Part shown: positions 10,971-22,095 of the stretch, in pieces
How positions within the stretch are numbered: the first letter of the stretch is position 1
How the letters are laid out: each line of letters opens with the position of its first letter
NCBI GenBank assembly: GCA_000320545.1
Contig: ADNK01000771.1
Location: 1-41,657, forward strand
Source of the DNA: Bigelowiella natans CCMP2755
Lineage: Eukaryota; Protista; Cercozoa
Length of the DNA: 41,657 bases
Direction: 5' to 3'
Translations under genes and position numbers: made by a program
Notes under the pieces: model-generated
Database searches by the model: none
What the model was told of the DNA's origin: nothing
What the model saw: only the letters and a program-made list of their open reading frames with translations

Positions 10971-11657
10971 GTCACAGGACATGATGTCACAGAACATGTA
11001 GAATTTCAAAGTATAGAAAATAACCATTCTACCATACTATCATAATTTTGGCCCTAAATCCAGTATATTAGTGCCAAAATCGCAAGCTTTTGTCTTTTTG
11101 CTTTTATCTTTCTTTTGCATCTACTACTACTACTACTACTACTACTCTAGAGGTATGACTTACAGCAATTCGAAACCTTGAAAGTGTTAGCATTATTTAC
11201 CTGATCCGTCTCCTCATCGTAAACTACCATCCTGTGGTATCTAGGAACTACGGACTGTGGATGATATGATGACAGAGAACATGTCATATACTGTTGTTTT
11301 TCAGTTGATGATGATGATATCGGAAGAGGAGACTTTCGGGAAGGGAAGCTTTACGAGGCCATCAAGGAGTAATTCTAAATTTACCGATACTCCGTGGGTC
11401 GAATGAACCTCTTTTCCCGCTTGGACATTGGTGACTCGAAGGCCAGAAGGACTCCGCCACAATTTCGCAGCTCGCAGTTCTGTCTCGCTTTGCTCTAGAG
11501 CGAACTCTATAAAAGGACCCTCTATTTCCAGCCCAAACTTCTCGGACAATTTCAAAGAGGTTGCGCCATCTCGCGACGGATGAACCTCGTCGCCGTCTTG
11601 TTGCGTAGCCGCAGAGGCGAGCAAGAGGAAGACGATAGCCCCTCTTCGCGGAGCCAT
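7362..11657 (-). CDS. Endonuclease/exonuclease/phosphatase (EEP) family protein with N-terminal signal peptide, about 16 exons
   Basis: Phase-compatible exons give the EEP motifs in order: SANIWNFNHW (about 10145-10190), PDIIGFQ|EVR (about 9963-10020), E|GLAIFSRYPI (about 8819-8869), FVTHLSL (about 8540), LVGDFN (about 8160-8178), SRIDYIF (about 7610-7640), YPSDH (7362-7506). Exon 1 (11657-11334) starts MAPRRGAIVFLLLASAA. Confidence 0.88.
9207..9243. repeat. (AG)n intronic microsatellite (one of many)
   Basis: Read directly. Similar tracts occur at 10938-10968, about 27740-27772, 29236-29286, 31858-31941, 36716-36751 and 39889-39920. Confidence 0.9.
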
Positions 11658-12070
11658 AATTTGCTGTCAGGAGCACGGTCAGTCTAAATGCGTAAATACA
11701 CCGAAAACAGCTGCAATATTTAGACTGCGACAACAAATGCATACCGGAGCTTCTAGAGTTTTCTCTGCGAGAGCCTCATCAATTGTGCAGAATGGCATAG
11801 TGTTTTGCAGAAAAAGCAGCAGTGATTAATTAATTAATTAATCGGGTTAATAGTCGTAAAAAGTCGCGGAAATCTCTGATGATGGTGGTTGCTCCTTTTG
11901 CCTTCGAGTAGCTAGTACGTGCCAGGACATTGGCAAACACACACTGAGGAGGAGGAGAAGTAAGGAGGAAAAGGAGAAGGAGAAGAAGGAGGTTGACTCT
12001 CAAATAGAATAGAGCAGCGTAATTCTATTGAGGGGAACTCATCAGTTCCCCGAAGTAGAGGGATTAATTT
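11658..12070. promoter_or_regulatory. Probable bidirectional promoter (EEP / RING) containing a perfect 20-bp palindrome at 11824-11843
   Basis: 413 bp separate the divergent ATGs. GATTAATTAATTAATTAATC is self-complementary. Confidence 0.4.
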
Positions 12071-15000
12071 ATGGATCACATCAAAGATGTGATACAGTTC
12101 CTTGTGGGAAGAGAGGTGGGGGCTGGAGGAGGCGCAAACACGCCATTGACATCCACAATTGAATTGGTCGTTCGCTTACTCGAAGCATTTGCGCCACCAG
12201 AAGGGTCCTTTGTTCGTAGTTTTCCTGTTTTGTGCAGCGGTGTAGGTACAGTGCTCACTGTGTCAGGGTTTAGCATGTTGCGACGGTTAGGCATTCCTGT
12301 CTTGCTCGTAGTACAGACAACAGCCAAACCGCTGGCAGCTTGCTCTGCCCTGGCCAGTGGTGGTTTGCTGATGCAGCATTCTCTCTCATACACTTGGCAA
12401 ATATCACTACTTCGGTCGCTTGCCGAGCTTGTAGCAGGAACCGGTCTATTTGCAGGAGGTGTCATCCTTTCACAGCCACTCGGAGGCTTATTGAGGATGA
12501 GTCCTTCCAAGGTTACTGGAGCTACCTTGTGTGCGAACGGCTGTTTTGCCACCGCGGCTTTTGTGGACGTCGCTCTAAGAATGCGCACAGCAGGGAGAAG
12601 CTCAACAGGAATCGCCCTCGCCTCATTAGCAGCCTATGTCATAGGGTTGCAAACAGCTGTTGGGATCGAGATGGTAGCAGAAGTACACGTACTCAGACCC
12701 ATGGTTTACAGAGCTATTCAATGTATATCCCGACTTGGGGGTCTTGCAGCACGGGGCATCTCCAGAACGGTATGCATGTTGATGGATATTACCATGAAAT
12801 CACTTCGATTTGTGTGGCAAAAGCTCGTCAAACCTGTCGGAAGCGCACTGATATCAATACTCGGTTCGCTTTGGAGAACCGTAGTGAAGCCTGTGTTGAT
12901 ATTCCTGAAAAATGCGATAGTAAAGATCTTTACGTGTCTATACAAGGCCCTCGACTACACACTTAATACCGCTATCAGCCTGGCCGGTTTGCTTTGGAGA
13001 ACCGTAGTGAAGCCTGTGTTGATGTTCCTGAAAAATGCGGTAGTAAAGATCTTTACGTGTCTATACAAGGTCCTCGACTACACACTTAGAACCGCTAGCA
13101 GCCTGGCAAATATCTTATGGCGATCGATTCTTAAACCCGTGTTGACTATCATAGCGGACATAGCGTCGGAGGGCTATGCTGCAATGCGAGACGGTCTCAT
13201 ATACACGTTTAGGGTTATTGCGAGAGTGAGCAGTTACTTGTGGAGTTCCATCATCAGACCCACCCTTACCACCGTAGCGAATGTGGTGGGTAGAGTCTGG
13301 AGCTGGTTATCGAGACGATGTACCCAGATTTGCAATGTGGCTTGGACTGCGATTCTCAGGCCTCTATTCAGAGCAGTAACAAACGTTGCTGTCGAAGGAA
13401 CGCGACTACTCTGGCAGGGACTCAGAAACGCTCTGGCTGCTACTCAGGTGTAATAAGTATATGCTTGCAACCAGCGCTCATAATAACGTTGTCACTAGAA
13501 GTATTTGGCAATCAATACTCCACTATGTATTTGGGTTATAACCTAGCGATATACTCGAATGATGAGGAATCCTCTCTTACTCACATACCGTTTGAATTTT
13601 CAGAGATTCGGCCGAGAATTCATGCGGATGACAACGTATCTTTCTGCCAAACTCTTTCGACTCGCAAGCCGTGTTGTGCGCCTCTTGAAACGCTGGGTAG
13701 TGATTCCGGTGACGAAGTTCCTCAGCAAAGCGCTGCGATTCGGACTTGTCGTCGCTTGGCCAACGTTAATGTCAGCCATCTCTACCAAATTCATTTACTC
13801 AGCGTACTCCGCCGAGGGATTTGCCTCGAGGTTATGCTTTTCACTAGCTGCCGTCTCCTCAATCTCAGCCTCATTATGCCTTATCGGCAGAGCTGTGGTA
13901 CATTGCTGCAGATCTCTCCCTGCCATTAATGTCCTTTTCCCCTTGCGGCACCAGTACCTGCTAGAGGATGCATTCTCTTCCTGGGGTCGAAGATTGAGTT
14001 CGCTGGGTACTTGGGTCATCCTCCGTCAGGATGCGTTTGTGCTGGATTTGCTCTTCTACGCTACTTACATCTCGATATCCACCTGCCGAGATATCACAGC
14101 AGCGTTGGCTTCTTTGCTTCGCAAGGCGTTCGACCACCTTCACAACATCTTGGCCAACACTGCGAGAGGGATATACCGTCTCTCGACGTACATCTTCTCG
14201 GTTTTCTGGGGGGCAATGAGGCGTGTTGCAAACGTGGTCTTTAGGGCGTTACTGTTCATCTGGGAAGAGCCTGTTTTATCGTCCACCTGCTCGTGTATTG
14301 CCCTGGCGTCTGTGTACTTGCTATGGTCAGGGCGCCTGCAGCTGCCGCCTTTAGTGACCAGCTCAGTGCTCAAACTCTACGGGAGCATCACCTCCGACAT
14401 TCCCAAATATGCCTGGCGAAGTGCTGATGATCTTTTCATGTTGTTGCGACGTTTTTTCTCGTCTGACCTGCCAGCGATGCTTTCAACCAGCGCCGCTGCG
14501 GCGACTGCATCTCTCCGCGCACCGTGGATACGTTGCAAGGACCTCTCCAAGAGATTTTACAATTTGGACGCCATGTCGCACTTCGAAAACGCTCGATTCG
14601 CATCTGCAGTCTATGTAATTATGACGACAAGTGCTAGGGTAGCCTCCTTGGGGAGTCGCTTGAACGACGAAACCGTCGCGGCAGTGACTGTCACCGTGGC
14701 GGGGATGACGAAAGCTATTTTCCTGCCTGTGCTCGTCCTCGGATCGATTTCTAGATTCGGTGGGGCTGCCGCTGTATTAGCTGGCGAGTTTATTGCGGCG
14801 CCAATCAGTGTTATCTACGTCGGAACCACCCTCGTCGCTCTTCTTTACGAGCTACACCAACGGAGAAGCGGTCGTGGTGAACAAGGCCTACGTCGCAGGG
14901 CAGCACCAGTACATCCCTCTGCAGGTTTTCGAAGAAGTGTTGAAGAAAAGAAAGGATCCATCCTAAAGAACCTCCCCGAACCTGTTCGCATCTACTACAA

Positions 15001-15310
15001 TGCAAATTGCATCATTTGCTCGGACCCAATCGGAATAGACGAGAATGAGGCCAAGCTGATTCTCAAGGCCGAACGAATCCAAGTAACGAATTCTAAAAAC
15101 TCCATGGGCAATACCGTAGAAGGAAAGCAAAAGGAGGCAGAAAGTTCAGCGAAGACGGTGGAACAGAAACCGGTGAAACAACCGGTGCATGCCCTTCCTT
15201 GTGGACATATTTTTCACGCGGTCTGCATCACTCAATGGCTTGCTGTCAAATCTAGGTGTCCACTTTGTCTTCGAGACGTCAATCCGGGTATCAGCACGTT
15301 CCTGCTCTGA
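12071..15310 (+). CDS. Multi-pass membrane protein with C-terminal RING-H2 finger (putative E3 ligase), 2 exons (12071-13447, 13547-15310), about 1046 aa
   Basis: Two long ORFs are joined in frame by a 99-bp intron (CAG|gtgtaa...acctag|CGA). The C-terminus reads CIIC...LPCGHIFHAVCITQWLAVKSRCPLC, and there are many hydrophobic segments. Confidence 0.85.
12868..13113 (+). repeat. In-frame tandem duplication, 123 bp (41 aa) x2
   Basis: Units start at 12868 and 12991 (GCTTTGGAGAACCGTAGTGAAGCC...), encoding LWRTVVKPVL(I/M)FLKNA(I/V)VKIFTCLYK(A/V)LDYTL. Confidence 0.95.
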
Positions 15311-15439
15311 TCGATGAACAGGCTCGATCATTAATAATAAAAGCTTACCTTGTACGCTGCCGCTGAATTTCGACATTTGAAATGAGGTAACTACTTACGA
15401 GACAAAAGCTGAAGTGTGCTGAACGTAGTCAAATGGACA

Positions 15440-15664
15440 CACAATGGGAGAACATTTTTTCAATTGTCATCCTAATGTAGCTGTGCACAGAGGCGGCAAC
15501 AGCGCTAAGATTGTGTTTGTTTGTTTCAGCAATTACGTGCTTTATGTTTGCAAATTCTACATAATGTGTGACACAGATGTAATGAATATATTAGATTTCT
15601 TCAATTGTCATCCTAATGCAGCTATACAAAGCTGCGGCTACAGCGAACTGCATTGGTTTGTTTC
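15440..15664 (-). mobile_element. Two tandem degenerate copies of the same repeat-family end (about 15440-15528 and about 15574-15664)
   Basis: Both contain TTCAATTGTCATCCTAATG(T/C)AGCT...GCGGC(A/T)ACAGCG, matching 5800-5850. Minus-strand translations are SAVAASVHSYIRMTIEK and AVAAALYSCIRMTIEEI*. Confidence 0.75.
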
Positions 15665-16226
15665 CGTGTGCCATTGATGTACGTCATGTCGTCTGTGCAC
15701 GACATGCGGTAGTCGAAACAAGAAGACGACCAAACGACAGACGATGCAACGTGCTGAGCGCAACAACAATGAAAACTATAAAACGCAACGGCAGCAGCTC
15801 ACAGCGCTGCAACGAGCGAGTACATGATGCTGTGGTTGTACGTTGTACGTATACGTTTGGTTCAGCCGATCAAATAATTTCAATGAAAACCGGCAATGGG
15901 ACAAAATCAGTGCAACTGGCTAGCAGTAGGGACATGCCTAGCTAGGCCGCTCAGAGCTAGTGAACGCTTGTGAACTCATGCTAGTATGCAAACATCTCTA
16001 GCCACTTGATGTGCACATACTGCAAGTCACTATGCACGTGCCGGCGGGTGCGCACACATGCGCCGAGCTAGCGAGATCAAACTGCTTAATTTGCATGCAT
16101 GGACGCGATGCAAAAACGACAGATGCAATGAAATATCTTACGTTGGCATCAACAAAAAGCCAAGATACATGCTCGTAATGTACATGATGTGAAATGTTAA
16201 CAATCTCAATTACTGGCCTCTTTGTC

Positions 16227-18200
16227 CTATTTACTTTTTTGTTTTCTTCTTCTTGCTCTTGCTCTTGCCTTTCTTGCTCTTGCCCTTCTTTTTCTTCTTT
16301 TCCTTTTTTTCTCCGGGAGGCTTATTCGGAAGGCTGTAAGAGAAATTTGTAAGCGCGCATGCAGATATACTAACAAGCACGGACTCCAGTAACTTGATTA
16401 TTTCTTTCGAAGAAGGGCAAAACGAAAATACTTACCCGAATAAAAGATTTGGCAACTCCTGCTTCTGCTTCTCAGTCAATTCAAGGTTAGGCGCTAGCAA
16501 GGCCCTCTCTAAATTTCCACGTTTCACATGAATTCCGTGTCTTGCCTAGTAAAAATGCAAGGTATTCTTCATCGTTTCTTCTTTCTCCCATATGAGTACT
16601 TCCAAGATGAATAAATAACTACCAGTTTCAACTTAATGAGGTCACAATGGAGTCTTCCTTCCGCCTTTTCAGCTTGGATGGTTTCATCTATCGAATCCCC
16701 GTATGTTCTATGTCCTGAAGCACGATTTCCATACCTGGAAGGACCCCAATCAGTTCTAAAAACTTGCGAATAATCACGATTATCAGAAAAATCGTTTCGA
16801 CTTCTTACATTGACATTGGCTGGAAGGGCGAGAAGCTTATGGGATCCCGCGCGGGCCCTCTAATGTGACCAAGACTAGTTGCTAGTGTCCGGCTAGACGT
16901 ACTCCCCCTCGGGTTTGGGACGATAGGCGATGAAAGGCTTTTCCTGATTGGGAGTTTTCCCGAGTCTCCTCCTCCTTCTCCTTCTTTTCCATTGGCAACG
17001 TTGGCATTGTTGTCAGCCACGGATGGTAGCTGGGTCATCCCTGGGACCACATTCGCAGTTCCGGGCCTAGAATCATTTGGCATCCTCCATCTATTCTCCG
17101 TGTATTTCATGCCGCCCTCAAGTTGCTTCGCACCCGCGGAGCGCATTGCATTGCGTTCCTAAGAGATTTAGTGGCGTTTTTCCCCCCCGTCGTCGTTTGT
17201 AAAGGGAGTGCATTTGCAATGACAAGGACAACACGGTTCACGACAGCAGAGTAACTGCATCACCTTGGCTGATATTCTAGGCCTCGCTAACCCTTCTTCT
17301 TCATCATCGTCGCCCTCGCTATCGTCACCCTAATTGAACCAAGATCGAGAAGATGAGTATGTGTGGAGATGGCATGGTATAGACACAAAGCTTTGTGCAC
17401 ATGAAACTAGTGCCAACCCTTTCGATGGCCTCACTCCAGGCGTCCTGAATCCAAAACTGTTTTTTCCCCAGGTCGCTGTGTGTAGGGCCACTCCTAGAGG
17501 TAGAATGGACCAATGTGCTAAGTACGTTTTTGACACATTCATTAAGATCACTTACCGTAACTTCATCATTGCAGGATTTGTTGCAAAAATTGTTTCTTGT
17601 CGCCATGCTGCTTCCTCATCAAAACGAGCAAGTTGTCTTGACCATTGACCCAAAAGCCGTTCAGTGTGTCGCTTCAATCTACTTTGCTCTGCTTCACGTC
17701 TCCTGTTTTGTAGCCAAACCTAATAATGCCGATCAATGCAAAGTATTCATTACTACTTGCCATAGTCGTTGTGTAGTCAAACGGTTTATAATTGGATGAG
17801 ATGAGAAAGGTGCAGGACCTCATCCGCAGCATTTTTGTCAGATTTGAAATTATTTCTCAAGGAATGTACAAACTCGTTGGGATCATTGTGCACAGGAGCC
17901 TATAATAGGGGAAAGCGAGTTGAATTAGAGCTGTCTCAAGCATTTACAGCAATTGGATACCGTTACCTGGCGAAATCGAGGATAATTTGAGGACTTCATG
18001 ACAGGAGTTGTTCTCGGCCTGTAGGGATTCATCCCTACTCCTATTATTGGTCAGAAAAAGTTTTTTTTTAGTTAATGGAATAAAATAACTAAAGTTTATT
18101 CTAACAGACCTTTCTCTACGTTCTCCCGACTGGTCCCGACCCTTTGAGCATGAGACTGGAAAAGATCGCGGGTACGGAAACGCTGAACACGCTTCAGATT
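16227..18200 (-). CDS. Hypothetical multi-exon protein with Lys-rich C-terminal tail (5' end uncertain, may extend to about 19100)
   Basis: Phase-compatible exons 17719-17556 (VWLQNRRREAEQSRLKRHTERLLGQWSRQLARFDEEAAWRQE..., donor gtaagt), about 17158-16809, 16734-16623, 16545-16436 and 16333-16227 (GEKKEKKKKKGKSKKGKSKSKKKKTKSK*). Confidence 0.65.
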
Positions 18201-19379
18201 TATTCTACTGAGGTTTCTTGGCCTTACATATGAACAAAAACGGATCAACTTCTCAGCTCTTAGTGTACCATTTTGCAGAAGCGAGATAAGATATAAATCA
18301 GGGAAAACTCAGCAGTAGCGAACTTCGAACACGAGACACAAGATGAATCTCATCAATTCTACGCCACACCTGTATTTGTTAACACTTGTGTACTGGTTCT
18401 TCGGGTCGCCATACAAATCGCTGCCCCCACCGTGCCTCATCTGCACACTTTCTTGGTTTCTTGCTTAAAAGAATAAAGAATATGGATTCGAAATCGGACC
18501 ACACCGAGGGGGAGGATGACTTGAGGAAAACGAAACGAAATGTCACCTAGAATCCGTTGTATTTTATTACTGCGACATGACTAAGTAGGGCTCTCAACGC
18601 CATAAACTCCGGCGGTTTTGTACGAGAATCGTGAAGGCGACAAACAAAAGCCGTTCTTGCTGCAGTTTCTTTTTTGCACTCTCAGAATCCAGAACACTTA
18701 ATACCGGGGAAATTCACAAAACCCGGGAATCCCCGTCATTCTTCTCACCCTAAGCGATTCATGAGAAGCCTTAGGAGTCAAGGACGCCTTTAATTTTACG
18801 TATGGAGACAAATTATAAGGGCTGAAATTTTGGTAAATGCTGGAGATTTATTCCCTTTTCAATAGTTTTTATGTGAATACTCGACCTGAAAATCGGAAAC
18901 TCTACCGAAAGGCTACCCAACACAGACATGCGCTTACTGCCATTGGCTTTCGTTCTCCTCGCCCATGCTGCAGCGGGGTCCCTCGTGCAATCAAGGCTTG
19001 CCAGGGCCAACATGAAACAGGTCCGATTTTTAACTTAGTCTTGGAGTGGATTGTTGTTGCAATGCAGGCAGATTCGCACTTTGAGTCTCAGTTCGTCACC
19101 GAGTACCCACCATTTCCTCTCCTGATAATCTATCGACGAGGCCAACATTTTGATGTGCAAGCATGTCTCATTCGAAAAATATATCTATCAACGAATCCAG
19201 AATCGAAATATTGGTTCCTACGTACATGTATACTGCATTTACGCCATTATTTGTTTCGAATAAATTGAAGCTCGCGTTGGTGTTAACGAATGTGTGTGAA
19301 AGGGTAGCAAACATTATCACAACAAAGACCGGCAAATAAAATTAGCAACTAAAAAAAAATAAAGGTAAAATCTGCAAAG

Positions 19380-20403
19380 TTGAGATCTTTCCGAAGGGCA
19401 GCTCGGTGGCGTCCTCGCCGGCATTGTATCGGCGCAGAGAAGGATTCTACAATCAAGGAAGTTTCAAGGTGTGTCACTCACTCCCTAACATCATATATCC
19501 GATTAATCAGCGTTATTGTTTTTTGGCAGTCGAAGATCGTTCATGAGTATTGCTGGGGCTTCAGTGCCGCTACTTATGATACGCCAACAAGCCGATGCAT
19601 ACGACGGGAGTACGTCGTTATTACCACCTTTTAAATATTTTATTCTAAGTTTCGTTCTATTAGGCACGCCCACAGTGCCAGTTGAAGTAACGAGATGGGA
19701 GGATGTAAGCTGTCCTGGTAAGGAAGTATTTCTTGTTTGATGGTTCTCTGAAACATCATCACTTTCATTGTTTAATATTCATTTTGAACAATAATAATGA
19801 TGTTCACATCTAAAATATTAACATACTGTATCAGCTGGATCACCCTCGAAGATGCGATGCATTCGTGTCTACGCTAAAGTAAACAATAAGTTTAAAAAGC
19901 TTGCGCCGGCTTCGGAGCTCTATGGGTAGGAAATCTAGTCGATTCCGCAATGATTATGTTGTTGAAATGTGTATACACGGAATATGATCTACAGGTATGT
20001 CGAGTACGACGACGGCAATCCTGCTTTATGGAACGATGATGTGAAACGTATCGCCAACATACAAAACATAAAACCAGGAGAGCAAGAGGTATTTTTTCAT
20101 GCCAGGAGTACTCAGCTCCACAAGGCTGTAAAACTTGGGATTGTCTTCACGACCTTTATATGCAGGTATCCTTCGACCTGCAACTTCGGAAATTAGCAGG
20201 CTTGACTGGAAAAGAAGATCTACTTTTCAAAAAACTCACCGCAAGGTAACATTAGACAAAATTTGTGAGCACGATGGCGACCATTTAATAGAGTTTACAT
20301 GTGATTATCATTACAGGATGTACTTCAGCAATATGTACTCAGCTAAACCGCTAGGAGTTGTGGATTGTGATGAAGTAGACTCTGCTGAGTGTGAGGAACC
20401 GTG
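19380..20403 (+). CDS. Hypothetical multi-exon protein (start uncertain)
   Basis: Candidate exons with GT-AG borders, e.g. YVEYDDGNPALWNDDVKRIANIQNIKPGEQE|VSFDLQLRKLAGLTGKEDLLFKKLTA|...MYFSNMYSAKPLGVVDCDEVDSAECEEP*. No family recognised. Confidence 0.45.
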
Positions 20404-20644
20404 ATCCACATCGATGATATGTGATGAAAATGCATAGGAGCGGTACACCGGGTGCTCGCGTCACCCAATACTAGAATGGCTGTCAGTCTCCTTGGTGACA
20501 GTAGTAAAGAGATTGACGAACTAACATGGGTCATTGCAATGCCTATCAAGTCTAGATACGATGTAAAGCATCCTTTTGCCCTTATGTTTTGTCTTTCATG
20601 AATTGTTGCTCCACAACAACAACAATATAACAATACACAGTAGA

Positions 20645-21720
20645 GTCACTTGCATTGCAACATGTCCAGTGCATCAGAAGAAAATGCTAACGCATGCATT
20701 CGCTTTCCTGCAGTTACCAGCACGCTAGCACGTGTTCTGCAATGATTGCATGCAGCATGCATGTTTGCACATTTGAATGCGCATGCATGAATGAATGAAT
20801 GAACGAAGTGATTCCAATGTACCAATGCGGAGCTAAAATGAGAGCCATGCATGCCCATGGATGGGATCACAATGGCTTGTGATGGGATTGTCATGCAATC
20901 TCATCCACGCCCTCCTTTGTGTGCTCCTCAATCAACAAAGTCCACCATGGAAACAATGGAAAGATCGATGATGGTTTGTTTCACATTCGCCGACCATGGC
21001 ACACTCAAACAATGACATCAGACCGATGACCTGCAGGGAAATGAGCCCGCGCTAGCACGCGAGGACAAACAACTGGCGTTGAAAGGATCTTGTTCATGCG
21101 CAGCCGTTTGATGAGGAGGAGGAAGAACAAGAAGTGTCTCGTGAATGAACGAACAAGTGAACAAGTGAACGGATGAAGTGGTTCCGCAACTGGGGATCTG
21201 AAAGGATCATCGGAGTGGTGCTGACACATCCACACCCCAAACAAACAGCTTGCTAGCTTGCCAGAAGGAAAATTACAAAATTGAAAGAAAGAAAGGAACA
21301 AAGAAACTTTGTTGATTGACTGCTGATGCTGTGGAATGCTGCTGCTAGAATGCCAGAATGCATGCATGAGTCGTCGTGCTGCACAGCTAGCGCATATTGG
21401 TCACAGCTTGTAGACGACATGCGATGCATGAGACATGTGAGCTAGCTAGCATGCTAGCATGTACTTGCGTACAACGACAAGCTACATGGATCCATCGATC
21501 GATGCATGCAACGCATGCGCAAAAAATGCAAAAAATGAAAAATGTGCAGGTGCGTCAAGGCACACTAGCTAGCACATAGCAGTCGTGTGTGCGCACATCT
21601 GACATGTCTAGATGTGTCGGAGTGTCAATCAGGAATCACACCAGGCGAAACTAGATCCTTTGTGTGTGTGCATTGTTTTTCATCACTGTTACACGGATAG
21701 CTGGCTAGATAGAACAAGCT
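20645..21720. repeat. TpA-depleted, CA/TG-rich intergenic island (probable decayed repeat/TE)
   Basis: 12 TA in 20645-21420 and only one in 20836-21253. No coding homology recognised. Confidence 0.55.
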
Positions 21721-22095
21721 CTATTAGAGCTGCTGGACAGGTTTTAACTGGCGGCGCGTCGCTATCGATCCGAAACATGACCAGAATCTTATGCTATCTT
21801 ATGCGTATGCTTCGTTGTATCTATCATACAGGCGACTGTCGTAATGGTATGTATATACGATATATGTACGTTTCTTCCTCAAGATAAACACCGAGTACAT
21901 GTTCACATTTAAGCAAGCTGTACGAGATTAACACATTCTCCCTGACTATTCCTTCTACAATTCGCCGATAACATCCTGCTTCCTTTCTACTTAGAAGCTT
22001 CACCAACCTTTACAGATCTTAAGCACAACATGACAAGACAAGCTGCATCGTTTCTCAACGGATATAGCTACTGTCGAGCACAGAAATGCTAATAC

